Positions 9,832 to 19,463 of a stretch of DNA of 64,000 nt are shown here, one piece after another. Every line of letters starts with the position of its first letter. Position 1 is the stretch's first letter. The position numbers were made by a program, and so were the translations under genes. A model generated the notes under the pieces. It did no database searches, was not told the DNA's origin, and saw nothing but the letters and a program-made list of their open reading frames with translations. The DNA is from an uncultured Chlamydiales bacterium (GTDB lineage Bacteria; Chlamydiota; Chlamydiia; Chlamydiales; Rhabdochlamydiaceae): positions 1,504,001-1,568,000 of the forward strand of contig OY969554.1 of the NCBI GenBank assembly GCA_963700985.1, read 5' to 3'.

Positions 9832-10892
9832 TTCAGAATATGCGAGTTGCCGCAATCAGCACAGGTCCTGATACGCATTTAGATCATCTTGGCGTTATAG
9901 CCGCACTTTTGGATATTCCGCTGATTGTGACAGATAAGAAAAGTTATGAACTCGCCCAACTCTTCTATCCCCAAGCCCAGACTCAATTTATCGAGCATGG
10001 GGAACTGGGCTTAAATTTTTTGGCAGAAAATTTTGACCTCCTCTTCGGCTGTGGGAAGTTCTGGTATTTGGAACTTCAGCCGCTCTTTGAGCTTCTCTTT
10101 CAGAAAAAAATGCGCTTCGTCTTCTGCCCGCACGGCAATTCGGATAAAGGATCAACCCTCTCTGCCGATCAGCATCCTCCTCAAGATATTGCACTGATCT
10201 ACGGCGAACATATGCAAAATCTTCTGCATAGAACCGGCGCGCTAGCTAAAATTAGAGCCACTGTTGCCACAGGAAACTGGCGTTATCCATTTTATCGCCG
10301 TCACAAAGCATTTTATGATGCTCTTGCCAACGAGAGAGTTTTTTCGCGCTTTTCAAAAGATAGAAAGACCATTCTATATGCTCCAACGTGGGCTAGCCGT
10401 GAAAATCCTACCGCTTTTTATGAAGCCTGCACCGAACTTGTAGACCAGCTTTCCCCTTTTTATAATCTCCTTATAAAACCCCACCCTTTTTTAGAAGAGC
10501 AAGAGCCCGCGCATCTCTCCTATTTGCAATCCAGCTATGCGCATCTCCCTCATGTCGCCTTTGTGACCGGCTTTCCAGCGATCTATCCTCTGCTGGCAAA
10601 GACGGATCTCTACATCGGAGATTTCTCTTCGGTGGGATATGACTTTTTAGCCTTTGATCGCCCTCTCTATTTTTTTAATCCAAAACAAAGTGAAGTTAAA
10701 GAAAATGCACGGCCGCATCTCTATCGATGCGGCTTAGAAATCCCTCAGAAAGAGAGAAAAAATCTGAAACGGTTTTTGGAAAATACAGAGGATCCGCATA
10801 AGAGCGCACGGCGTGAGATTTATGCTCATGCTTTCGGCGATGAGCGCGATCCTAAAATCATCAAGGAAGAGATTTTAAAAGCCGCTTTATAA
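9828..10892 (+). CDS. CDP-glycerol glycerophosphotransferase (TagF/TagB-like) family protein, paralogue 2
   Basis: ILYAPTW, LLIKPHP, DLYIGDFSSVGYDFLAFDRPLYFF and CPHGNSDKG; collinear with 8565..9611. Confidence 0.85.
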   Translation: MIQNMRVAAISTGPDTHLDHLGVIAALLDIPLIVTDKKSYELAQLFYPQAQTQFIEHGELGLNFLAENFDLLFGCGKFWYLELQPLFELLFQKKMRFVFCPHGNSDKGSTLSADQHPPQDIALIYGEHMQNLLHRTGALAKIRATVATGNWRYPFYRRHKAFYDALANERVFSRFSKDRKTILYAPTWASRENPTAFYEACTELVDQLSPFYNLLIKPHPFLEEQEPAHLSYLQSSYAHLPHVAFVTGFPAIYPLLAKTDLYIGDFSSVGYDFLAFDRPLYFFNPKQSEVKENARPHLYRCGLEIPQKERKNLKRFLENTEDPHKSARREIYAHAFGDERDPKIIKEEILKAAL

Positions 10893-10919
10893 AAAAACCT
10901 CATCCCGAAGGATGAGGTT
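10891..10919 (-). terminator. Rho-independent terminator
   Basis: AACCTCATCC-CGAA-GGATGAGGTT hairpin (UUCG loop on minus strand) followed by a T-tract on the minus strand. Confidence 0.8.
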
Positions 10920-10947
10920 CGATAAGAAAATAACTTTTTCTTAAGAA

Positions 10948-11103
10948 TTAGTTATTGCTTGTCTCTTGCTCAGCAGCATCTTCTGCTGCAACAGGTGCAG
11001 GAGCTTCTGTAGAAGCTTGAGCACTTTCATCGCCATCGTGAGCGAAAAGAGAACCTGATGTGAGAGAAACCATAGCTGCGAGAGCTAACCAAAGATTACG
11101 CAT
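10948..11103 (-). CDS. Small secreted acidic Ala/Glu-rich protein (51 aa)
   Basis: GGAG RBS; signal peptide MRNLWLALAAMVSLTSGSLFA; low-complexity mature part; own terminator. Confidence 0.75.
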   Translation of the reverse strand: MRNLWLALAAMVSLTSGSLFAHDGDESAQASTEAPAPVAAEDAAEQETSNN

Positions 11104-11179
11104 ATAAACTCCAATTTTAAGATTAGGGAACGTCCAAATTTTAGGGAGTAGAAGGATTTCTAGGAACACAAAAAATAAT

Positions 11180-12373
11180 TTAAGGAAGGCTTTTTACTTT
11201 ATCGAATTCAAGAGGAGGAAGAACCGTCAGATGGAAGAGTCGGTTTAGATCTCCGCAAGTAGCTTTAGCTTCGATGTCGTAAGCACACGCGCCCTCACGC
11301 AAAGGAATCACTTTAGAGACGATAGCTACGCGCAGACCCGGAGGAAAAATCCCATCCATGCCACTAGTGATTAATAGATCTCCCATTTTCACGATCTGGG
11401 TAGATTTTCTCTTTCCACCTAAAGCTTCGCCCGTACGCAAATCTCTAGATGGACCTTCATCATCAGCATAATCATAGTTGAAGCCGACACCCCGCAGCAC
11501 AAGATCTCGTGCGCGCCAAAGCGGTTGACTGGTTCCATGCAGCTCTCCTTTGGCAAGAAATTGATCATCGGAATCGTTGTTTAAATGATCGCGCAATTTT
11601 GAAAGCAGCCCCATGACGCCTTGCGCATCATCTCGTGTAATAAACAAATCTGCGCGCGTGCCTAAACCTAAAAGCAGTCCTTCCAGATGTTCACGCAAAA
11701 AGCGGTTTTGCTCTTTACCTCGAACAGCCCTTACTGCAGGCACTAACCCCGCATCTGTAATCAAGCGCACCTTAGACTGTTTATAGCCGACTTCCTCAAC
11801 CACCCCGACAAGTGAAGTTCCCACAACTACAGGGCTATTCTTAGCCACCACCTTCCTGTTTAAAGCCCGATTGTCGCGCTCTCCCACGTTTACCCAGAGA
11901 AAGCTGCTCCATGATGTAGGCTCTCTAAAAACCACCTTTGCAGGCAGAGCACGCAGCTGCAGATCTAAGCCATTTTTGAGAAGCTCAGCCCGTCTTTTGT
12001 AAAACTCTTTTACACCTATCTCAACTTCACTGTTTTGAGACAGCGTTTTCCATCTCTGAAGTTGCTCATCCACGCGCTCTTCTTGCAGCAGCCATTCGCG
12101 AACATTGCTAAGCTGTGAGCGCAGCACAAGGTTTTCTTGCTTTAACTTCTCATTGTCCGCTAGAAGCTCTGCACTATCAGCCTTCCCGCCTGGAGGAGTA
12201 ATCATCAAAAGCTGTAAGGAAAGGGATTTTAAAGAGGCAAGTCCATTCCAGGTAGGCGCAACAGAACTAATCATCATCTGGCGCATACGCACCGTTGCAG
12301 TTTCGGGCAAGGTGAGCAGTAGAAAAAGCGCTGCAGCAAGCAGCAAGTAAGGGCGATAGCGGATTCTTCTCAT
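11180..12373 (-). CDS. mreC: Rod shape-determining protein MreC (with chlamydial insertions)
   Basis: N-terminal TM, coiled coil, LVGVVEEVG..SKVRLITD and GDLLITSGMDGIFPPGLRVA; ATG overlaps aspC stop. Confidence 0.9.
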   Translation of the reverse strand: MRRIRYRPYLLLAAALFLLLTLPETATVRMRQMMISSVAPTWNGLASLKSLSLQLLMITPPGGKADSAELLADNEKLKQENLVLRSQLSNVREWLLQEERVDEQLQRWKTLSQNSEVEIGVKEFYKRRAELLKNGLDLQLRALPAKVVFREPTSWSSFLWVNVGERDNRALNRKVVAKNSPVVVGTSLVGVVEEVGYKQSKVRLITDAGLVPAVRAVRGKEQNRFLREHLEGLLLGLGTRADLFITRDDAQGVMGLLSKLRDHLNNDSDDQFLAKGELHGTSQPLWRARDLVLRGVGFNYDYADDEGPSRDLRTGEALGGKRKSTQIVKMGDLLITSGMDGIFPPGLRVAIVSKVIPLREGACAYDIEAKATCGDLNRLFHLTVLPPLEFDKVKSLP

Positions 12374-13566
12374 AATACAGCTAAAATTGAATCGACCACA
12401 TAGTCTAGGTTGTCCCAATTTAACCCGGCTACATTAATTCTTCCATCACTAGTCATGTAGATCGCATAATCTTTGGCCATACGCTCTACCTGCGATGGTG
12501 TAAGGCCTGAAAATGAGAAGAGTCCAAGTTGGTTATTCAAAAAGCTAAAATCGATTTTGGTCGATTTTTCATTGAGTTTAGAAGTAAACGCGGCACGCAT
12601 GACTCGAACTCTTTGCCTCATGGCTTCCAATTCATGTTCCCACTCTTTTTTTAACGCAGGTGACTTCAAAACTGTGGTTACGATACGTGCACCATGCTGC
12701 GGAGGATTCGAATAGTTTGCTCTAATGATTCCAACAAGTTTGCTCGAAAGAATCGCGCACTGCTTATGTTCATCGCAGATCACAAATAGCGCCCCTGTTC
12801 TCTCAGCATATAGAGAGAAATTCTTTGAAAAAGAGTAAGCCACTAGCATTTCATGCCCCTCGCGGGCAAACATGCGAATAGCATCAGCATCTTTATCTAA
12901 GCCCTTACCGAACCCTTGATAGGCGATATCGAAAAAAGGAATAAGTCGTTTTTCTAAAATGAGAGCAGAGAGCGTTTCCCACTGCTCTAGATCAAGATCG
13001 GTACCCGTCGGGTTTTGACAACATGCATGCAGGAGCACAATCGAGCGCGGCGGTAATTTACTCAGATAATCACGCATTGCGAAGAATTCGAGCGTGCTCT
13101 TCTGCTTGTCATAATAAGGATAGGTTTCGACTTTCAAACCCGCATGGGAAAAAACTGTTCGATGATTCGGCCAGGTGACGTCGGGGATATGAATGGTATC
13201 GCCAATTTTTTCTCGAAAGAGAAGGTCGCCTCCTATGCGTAGAGCGTTTGTGCCACCCACGGTTTGAACTTTGACCATGCGCTCTTTTGATTCAGGCCAG
13301 ACAGTCTCGCCAAATATAAGTTCTCCTACGCATTCGAGGTACTCTTTATCGCCATCTATCGGGAGATATTCCTTCGTCTTTTCGGAGATAAGCAGCTCTT
13401 GCTCAGCCTTTTTGACACAATTTAGCACAGGTGTAGTCAATGTCTCGGTGCGATAAACACCAACCGTTAAATTGACTTTTCCAGGTCTAGGATCAGCCTT
13501 AGCTGCCTGATTGATGCCGAAAACGGCATCAGGCATCGCAGGCTCAATTTGCGAAAAAAAATCCAT
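12370..13566 (-). CDS. aspC: Aspartate/aromatic aminotransferase
   Basis: KVNLTVGVYR, LLHACCQNPTG, PFFDIAYQGFG, SFSKNFSLYAERTG (PLP Lys) and GRINVAG. Confidence 0.95.
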   Translation of the reverse strand: MDFFSQIEPAMPDAVFGINQAAKADPRPGKVNLTVGVYRTETLTTPVLNCVKKAEQELLISEKTKEYLPIDGDKEYLECVGELIFGETVWPESKERMVKVQTVGGTNALRIGGDLLFREKIGDTIHIPDVTWPNHRTVFSHAGLKVETYPYYDKQKSTLEFFAMRDYLSKLPPRSIVLLHACCQNPTGTDLDLEQWETLSALILEKRLIPFFDIAYQGFGKGLDKDADAIRMFAREGHEMLVAYSFSKNFSLYAERTGALFVICDEHKQCAILSSKLVGIIRANYSNPPQHGARIVTTVLKSPALKKEWEHELEAMRQRVRVMRAAFTSKLNEKSTKIDFSFLNNQLGLFSFSGLTPSQVERMAKDYAIYMTSDGRINVAGLNWDNLDYVVDSILAVL

Positions 13567-13647
13567 CCTGACCCCCTAAATATTTAATATATCCCTTCGG
13601 CTCTTGTGACAAAATGCCCTAAATGCCTAAAATTTGCGACTTCTTTG

Positions 13648-13720
13648 GGGGCGTTAGCTCAGTTGGTAGAGCGCAACGATGGCATTGTTGAGGTCAGCGG
13701 TTCGACCCCGCTACGCTCCA
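13648..13720 (+). tRNA. tRNA-Ala(GGC)
   Basis: Cloverleaf GGGGCGT/ACGCTCC with G3:U70, D-arm GCTC/GAGC, anticodon loop AT-GGC-AT, TTCGA T-loop; CCA not encoded. Confidence 0.97.
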
Positions 13721-13799
13721 TCTCTCTTTCTCTTATAACCTACACGTAAATTAAGTCATAAACCCGCTTGTAGGAAGTTATTTTATTTAAAAAAATTTC

Positions 13800-13828
13800 T
13801 TGATCATGTACCACAAAAATGGTACGAT
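13800..13828 (+). promoter_or_regulatory. sigma66 promoter with overlapping palindromic operator of the TA operon
   Basis: TTGATC-N17-TACGAT with inverted repeat GTACCA-N6-TGGTAC overlapping the spacer and -10. Confidence 0.6.
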
Positions 13829-13856
13829 TTATTGTTCATTTAATAAGGGTTTTACC

Positions 13857-14231
13857 ATGCAACAAAGAGTCGCCTACAAAGGAAGCGAATTCACTATTGA
13901 ATGGTATTTTGATGTAAAAGGGCACTCTCAGTCACAAGAGTATTTTAATAAACAGCGCAAACTTCTCAATCTTTTCCGATTAATAGGCGATCAAGGCAAG
14001 ATTTTTGATGAAACAAAATTTCGAAATGAGGGAGACAAGATTTACGCATTTAAACCTCAACCCGATCGTTATTTATGCTTTTTCTATTCAGGAAAAAAAA
14101 TCATCGTAACAAACGCATTCATGAAAAAGACTCAAAAATTGCCAAACGGAGAGAAAGAGCAAGCTCTTAAATCTTTTCGAAGCTATCAAGAAAGAATAAA
14201 AGAAGGCTCTTATTATGAAGAAAAAAGCTAA
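13857..14231 (+). CDS. RelE/ParE-superfamily (Gp49/HigB-like) toxin
   Basis: KFRNEGDKIYAFKP..DRYLCFF and IIVTNAFMKKTQKLP..EKEQA; upstream of an HTH gene. Confidence 0.85.
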   Translation: MQQRVAYKGSEFTIEWYFDVKGHSQSQEYFNKQRKLLNLFRLIGDQGKIFDETKFRNEGDKIYAFKPQPDRYLCFFYSGKKIIVTNAFMKKTQKLPNGEKEQALKSFRSYQERIKEGSYYEEKS

Positions 14232-14520
14232 GTCTACCTACGAAGAGTTTATAGAAGATCAAAAACAAAAAAAGCTCCTCGATCGTGAGTATCGTGATCT
14301 CTTGATATCAGAACTGCTTCTTGCCGCGATGAATGAAGACCACATTTCTGTTAGAAAGTTAGCCGCTGCATCAGGAGTATCTCCTACTATCATTCAGGGC
14401 CTAAAATCAGGAAAAAAAACTAACGTCAATATTGATACATTGTCGAGAGTTTTAGATGTAATCGGCTATCAAATCGTTTTGGCACCAAAGAACAGACTCG
14501 GCAAGCGCTTAAAAATGTAA
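14215..14520 (+). CDS. XRE-family HTH antitoxin (HigA-like)
   Basis: ISVRKLAAASGVSPTIIQGLKSG HTH; overlaps the toxin 3' end. Confidence 0.85.
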   Translation: MKKKAKSTYEEFIEDQKQKKLLDREYRDLLISELLLAAMNEDHISVRKLAAASGVSPTIIQGLKSGKKTNVNIDTLSRVLDVIGYQIVLAPKNRLGKRLKM

Positions 14521-14549
14521 AATGTGTTCGAAAAAGAGCTCCTCGAGGC

Positions 14550-16217
14550 TTATTCGCCTTCGAGGAGATCTAGAAAGGCTTGCAGCTGTTTAGAACGTGT
14601 CGGATGGCGCATCTTGCGCAGCGCTTTGGCTTCGATTTGACGCACCCTTTCACGTGTAACCTTAAAGCGTAAACCTACCTCTTCGAGCGTCTTTGGCTTT
14701 CCATCAAGAAGGCCGAAGCGTTCGATGAGCACGGTGCGCTCACGATCGGTTAACGTAGAGAGCACTTCGTTCATCTTATCTTTGAGAATTGCGTATCCAG
14801 TAGCCTCTGCAGGCGACTCGATCGTTGTATCCTCTAAGAAATCGCCAAACTGGCTCTCGCCACCCTCTCCAACCTCGGCTTGTAACGAGATAGGATGCTG
14901 GGCGATCTTGTAGATTTCACGCACGCGCTCTGGTGTAAGCCCAAGTTCGGCAGCTAGCTCTTCTGGCGTAGGCTCCCGACCTGTTTCCATCATTAGCTTT
15001 TTCGCTCCGCGTAGCACCTTGTTGATCGTTTCGATCATGTGCACAGGGATACGGATCGTACGCGCTTGATCTGCGATTGCGCGCGTCACAGCCTGACGAA
15101 TCCACCAAGTAGCATAGGTAGAGAACTTATAACCGCGGCGATATTCGAATTTTTCTACAGCCTTCATCAGACCCATATTCCCCTCTTGAATGAGGTCGAG
15201 GAATGAAAGGCCGCGATTCGTATATTTTTTCGCGATCGAGATAACGAGTCTTAGGTTAGATTCAACCATCTCACGCTTAGCTTCCTGGCTCTTATCCATC
15301 CAGCGCTGCAGCATGCGGACGTCTTTTTTAAACTCATCCAGCGATCTTCCAGCAGCAAGCTCACGCTTGCGAAGGCGTCTTTCTAAGGCTAAAAGCTTGC
15401 CAGCGGCAAATTTATTTTTCTGCGCGCGCGGGGCCAGCTCTTGCATCTCTTTTTCAATGACGAGGAAGCGCTCATAAGCATTTAGAATTACTTCACCGAA
15501 GTCTTCGATGATGTTATGTCGCAAGTGGAGCCGGCGAAGATAGGCTTGTGTGCGAATGCGGCACTTCTCCATATCTTCGGAGATCTTTACGCGATCGGTC
15601 TTCTTGAGCTTAGGATTACGCAATTGGATGAGCAGATTTTCTAAAATCGCATCCTCTTTGCGCAAAAGAGAGCTTAATTTGGGCAGCAGGTTGAGATAAC
15701 CTTGCTTATCGCTGACTTCTTTTTCAGCGATGATCTTGTCAAAACGGTCTTTGCCATTAGTAAGGTAGTTGATGATCGAGATCGCTTCACGCGTAGAATA
15801 ACGGAAACGCATGATGATCTTTTCGATCTGAATTTGCGCTTTCTCAATACGCTTTGAGATCTCCACTTCTTCTTCGCGTGTCAAAAGAGGAACTGATCCC
15901 ATCTCTTTGAGATACATGCGGACTGGATCATCAGAAGTTCCTTCTGAACGCTTAGGCAGAGCTTCTTGCTCTTTAGCTTCTTTCTTACGCTCTTTTTGGC
16001 GATCGACTTCGGCTTGGTTAAGGACCTGAATGTCCATGCCGCTTAAGAAAATCAAAACCTGATCGATCTGCTCAGCAGAATCGAAGGTCATGGGGAGAAT
16101 CTCGTTGATCTCCTCGTAAGTGATGTAGCCCTGCTCTTTAGCGATGGCAACCAGCTCTTCAACCTTCTGCTGGTGCTGCTGACTAAAAAGAGTTCCGAAG
16201 TTTCCTTTGACTGTCAT
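14550..16217 (-). CDS. rpoD: RNA polymerase primary sigma factor (sigma66)
   Basis: [60 protein letters not shown] and region 4 TRERVRQIE. Confidence 0.98.
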   Translation of the reverse strand: MTVKGNFGTLFSQQHQQKVEELVAIAKEQGYITYEEINEILPMTFDSAEQIDQVLIFLSGMDIQVLNQAEVDRQKERKKEAKEQEALPKRSEGTSDDPVRMYLKEMGSVPLLTREEEVEISKRIEKAQIQIEKIIMRFRYSTREAISIINYLTNGKDRFDKIIAEKEVSDKQGYLNLLPKLSSLLRKEDAILENLLIQLRNPKLKKTDRVKISEDMEKCRIRTQAYLRRLHLRHNIIEDFGEVILNAYERFLVIEKEMQELAPRAQKNKFAAGKLLALERRLRKRELAAGRSLDEFKKDVRMLQRWMDKSQEAKREMVESNLRLVISIAKKYTNRGLSFLDLIQEGNMGLMKAVEKFEYRRGYKFSTYATWWIRQAVTRAIADQARTIRIPVHMIETINKVLRGAKKLMMETGREPTPEELAAELGLTPERVREIYKIAQHPISLQAEVGEGGESQFGDFLEDTTIESPAEATGYAILKDKMNEVLSTLTDRERTVLIERFGLLDGKPKTLEEVGLRFKVTRERVRQIEAKALRKMRHPTRSKQLQAFLDLLEGE

Positions 16218-16275
16218 AAAGACTATAGAAATTAGGTTGTTGTAAACTTGATAAAGAAACTTCTAAATTACTTCC

Positions 16276-17100
16276 ATGCAATTTTACGCCCTAGAAGGAG
16301 AGATTCCTGTTTTAGCTGCTCAAGCTCTGAGACACAAGGACTACTATTGTCCTGAGTGTCAGGCACCGGTTCGTTTGCGTAAAGGGGCCGAGCGTCAACC
16401 TCACTTTTACCATCCTACAGTCCCAGCTCATTGCCTGCAGCACAAAAAAAGCCTCACGCACCTTAGGATCCAGTGGATCATCCAGTCTCTCCTTCCACCG
16501 GGCGAAGGGAAGATGGAAAGAGCCTTTCCTGAGATCAGCAGGATTGCCGATGTCGCCTGGGAGCGAGGCAAGATCGTTTTTGAGGTCCAGTATTCGCCGA
16601 TCTCGCTCCAAGAAGCTCAAGCTCGTTGCCGGGACTATCGAAAATTAGGCTATACGCCAATTTGGATCCTTCACGACAAGCAGTTTAATAAGCGCAAAAT
16701 TCGCGCCGCCGAAGAACTCCTTCGTCAAACTGGTGGTTACTATACCAATATCGATGAAAAAGGTCATGGAGAAATCTACGACCAGTTCGATATCACCCTC
16801 GCCAGCAGAAGGCTTTTTCGCGGGCCTCCTCTCAAAATTGATCTTACACGTCCTTTAAATCTCACACCGATATTCGACCATTCGGAAGCTCCTCCTCAGA
16901 TGCTTTTAAAAAGAATTCCGGCTTGGCCGATTTATTTTGGCGGCGATCTCTTAGATTCTTTTTTACGCGCTCCTAGTGCCTCTATGCGCAACTTGGAAGA
17001 GAGGTTTTTGAGACGCACTCCCTCGTTTTCTCTATGGGTCTTGCTGAAAAATACCTATCAAATATTCTTCAGAATGGTTCTTGAAAAAGTTTGTCGATGA
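16276..17100 (+). CDS. coiA: CoiA-like protein (Zn finger + PD-(D/E)XK-like nuclease domain)
   Basis: YYCPEC..PVRLRKG....PHFYH...C, THL, RIADV, IVFEVQYSPIS...R..DY..LGY.PIWIL. Confidence 0.8.
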   Translation: MQFYALEGEIPVLAAQALRHKDYYCPECQAPVRLRKGAERQPHFYHPTVPAHCLQHKKSLTHLRIQWIIQSLLPPGEGKMERAFPEISRIADVAWERGKIVFEVQYSPISLQEAQARCRDYRKLGYTPIWILHDKQFNKRKIRAAEELLRQTGGYYTNIDEKGHGEIYDQFDITLASRRLFRGPPLKIDLTRPLNLTPIFDHSEAPPQMLLKRIPAWPIYFGGDLLDSFLRAPSASMRNLEERFLRRTPSFSLWVLLKNTYQIFFRMVLEKVCR

Positions 17101-17516
17101 AGCGTTGGAAAGAGGAGAAAATAGCCGAGTAAGCTAAAGCTAATCAGGGCATAAGTGAGGCGTTTATATGGAAAAAGTTTTTGAAGTGAAGAAATTTTTG
17201 GGGACTTGGGGTTATACCAGACAGACCAACGATAACTTTCCCAACGTTTGAGCTCTGCTTCTGCCGAAAAACGATTGAGAAAAGCGGGCTCTTTCAAACT
17301 GCATCTACCCGCATATTTCTCGCCTTTAACTTCAAAAAAATAAGTTGCTACTAGAAAAAATTTTGACGAACGCTCTTCTACTTCCCATGTTTCAATTTGG
17401 GCCTTTGTATGCGCCGGCAAACGAAAATAGCCCACTAACTCAAAGAGAGCGAGCCCCCCAAACCAGAGGCAAGCGGCCACCATTATACCTAATAGAGACA
17501 CCCATCTCTTGTTCAT
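17058..17516 (-). CDS. Two-TM membrane protein with beta-rich loop (DUF3592-like; chlamydial gene between rpoD and rpsT)
   Basis: TM - Y.FEVKGEKY.G ... VWYNPKSP..S.L - TM. Confidence 0.7.
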   Translation of the reverse strand: MNKRWVSLLGIMVAACLWFGGLALFELVGYFRLPAHTKAQIETWEVEERSSKFFLVATYFFEVKGEKYAGRCSLKEPAFLNRFSAEAELKRWESYRWSVWYNPKSPKISSLQKLFPYKRLTYALISFSLLGYFLLFPTLHRQTFSRTILKNI

Positions 17517-17576
17517 TAATCCCCAGTACGGTATATTTTTCAAAAAACTCGAGGGAAAACCCTCAAAGGGGAAACT

Positions 17577-17903
17577 ATGGCAGAAGCGGAAAAAAAGGTA
17601 AAACAAAGGCGTCCACAAGCTTTAAAACGCGATATTCAAGCTGAAAAAAGACGCTTGCACAACCGCGCTTTTAAATCTAAAACCTCAACAGTTATTCGCT
17701 CTCTTCATGATGCGATCTCTGCAGGTCAAGGCGATGTCAGCAAGGCACAATTGAGCGCTGTTTACAGCATCATGGACAAAGGTGTAAAGGCTGGTACAAT
17801 CAAAAAGAATAAAGCAAACCGCGTTAAAGCTAGACTCTCCAAGAAACTCGCGGCTCCTGCTCCTGTCGTTGCTACTAAAGCAGCTAAAACTTCCAAAAAA
17901 TAA
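17577..17903 (+). CDS. rpsT: 30S ribosomal protein S20
   Basis: KRRLHNRAFKS..., AVYSIMDKGVKAGTIKKNKANRVKARL; Ala/Lys tail. Confidence 0.95.
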   Translation: MAEAEKKVKQRRPQALKRDIQAEKRRLHNRAFKSKTSTVIRSLHDAISAGQGDVSKAQLSAVYSIMDKGVKAGTIKKNKANRVKARLSKKLAAPAPVVATKAAKTSKK

Positions 17904-17909
17904 GCTCTC

Positions 17910-17976
17910 AGTCTCTCTCATGGAAACATGAGAGGGCTACTTTTTTCATGCATGTTGCATAAACGTGCATGAGAAA
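17910..17976. terminator. Paired hairpins terminating convergent rpsT and dacB
   Basis: CTCTCATG-GAAA-CATGAGAG followed by a T-tract, then TTTCATGCATGTT...AACGTGCATGAGAAA. Confidence 0.7.
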
Positions 17977-17991
17977 CTTTTTCTCTCCTAC

Positions 17992-19449
17992 TTATCGTTC
18001 TTCCATGCGTGAAAATTGCGCCAGCAGCGTGCAAATTCGATCTTCTAGATTCTTCTTATACTCAATTGCTGGCTTAACAAAGCCATTGATCATGATGGCA
18101 AAAGCGAGCTGCTCGCCATCTTGTGTAGTTGCATAGCCCGCCAAGCTAGAAATGCCGGTCATTGTACCGGGTTTGGCGCGAATTCTTCCTTTCACTAAAG
18201 GATCATTCATGCGCTGCAAGCTGCCATCGATCCCACTTAGAGGCATTGAAGATAAAAACTCAGGGAAAATGAGAGATTGGTCTTTCATCCAGGCTAAAAA
18301 AGTCACTAATTGATGAGGGCTCACTAAGTTATAGCGCGACTCACCATCGCCATCTACTATCGCCAGATCATCGACGTTAATCTTAGCTGTATCTGAAAGA
18401 AAAACACGCAGAGCCTGCGCTCCCTTTTTCCAGGTTCCTGGAGTTTTATAAAGTTTTTCGCCCATTTTTTTGAAAATGCAGTTGCTATAGAGATTATCTG
18501 ATTCTTTCATGACCTGATTGACGATCTCGCTAAGCGTAACCGAGCGATGTACGGCTATTGTCTCGGCCCATTCAGGCACCTGTTTAAATGTAATTTTCCC
18601 AGTTAGCTGAATACCTAGTTCCGCTAATAGATCGCGAAAGAGAATAGCCGCATATAGAGAAGGAGATTCAACAGGGATTTCATATTGTTTACCTGGACTC
18701 TGCAGGCTTATGGTGCCTCCGATTTCAATCAGATTCTCTTTTGTAACCCATCTTCGGCTAATACTTAGCTCGCCATTCTTCTTGGTCGTCTTAGCAAAAT
18801 TTTGAACGTTCACACCCTCAATTTTAGGATGGATCGCCACCGCAGCTGGAGTATTCTCTTTAGCTCCTGGTTCCACGTAGACTGTGACGCAGCTATGGTT
18901 GACCAGCAGTGCATCTATCGGAGAGTTCCAATATTCGGCGCCCTCATCCCACATCCAACCAGGACCCTGAGAGATGTTGTCAAAATCGAAGTTATCGATC
19001 ACCAGATCGCCCTGAATGGTTTTAATTCCAGTCCTGGAAAGCTGAAAAGCGAGCTTCTTCAAATCGGCAGTAGTGAGTGATGGGTCTCCTCCACCTTTAA
19101 GATAGAGATCGCCCTGCAATATGCCCTCTTTGACCTCGCCTTGGCGAAATAGTCGCGTCTCAAAACGATAATCTGCGCCTAATACTGACAAAGCAGAGGC
19201 AGCCGTAAAAATTTTCTGTGCGCTTGCAGGCACAAACATGTGCTTAGCGTTTCGCTCATAGATTTTTTGGCCGTCTTTTAGCGAAATAATCTCGATGCCG
19301 ATATGCGCATTTGGATCGACTTCTTGTATTGTGCGATCGATGGCTTTTCGAAGAAAATAGAGATCAACTTTAGAGGATTTTTCACTCGATGCAGAAGAGA
19401 GTAGAGAAAAAAGAAATATAGAACAGACAATCCAACCTAACTTGCGCAC
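17992..19449 (-). CDS. dacB: D-Ala-D-Ala carboxypeptidase/endopeptidase PBP4 (peptidase S13)
   Basis: PASAQK (SxxK), SDN, KPGT (KTG variant), GDLYLKGGGDPSL, DGDGESRYN; signal peptide. Confidence 0.93.
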   Translation of the reverse strand: MRKLGWIVCSIFLFSLLSSASSEKSSKVDLYFLRKAIDRTIQEVDPNAHIGIEIISLKDGQKIYERNAKHMFVPASAQKIFTAASALSVLGADYRFETRLFRQGEVKEGILQGDLYLKGGGDPSLTTADLKKLAFQLSRTGIKTIQGDLVIDNFDFDNISQGPGWMWDEGAEYWNSPIDALLVNHSCVTVYVEPGAKENTPAAVAIHPKIEGVNVQNFAKTTKKNGELSISRRWVTKENLIEIGGTISLQSPGKQYEIPVESPSLYAAILFRDLLAELGIQLTGKITFKQVPEWAETIAVHRSVTLSEIVNQVMKESDNLYSNCIFKKMGEKLYKTPGTWKKGAQALRVFLSDTAKINVDDLAIVDGDGESRYNLVSPHQLVTFLAWMKDQSLIFPEFLSSMPLSGIDGSLQRMNDPLVKGRIRAKPGTMTGISSLAGYATTQDGEQLAFAIMINGFVKPAIEYKKNLEDRICTLLAQFSRMEER

Positions 19450-19463
19450 TGTGTTTACCTATT

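Noticed and set aside
14725-15477. Antisense and alternative-frame ORFs within rpoD (similar ones in recA, recB, recC and the MFS genes)
   Set aside because: Expected shadow ORFs of conserved coding sequence
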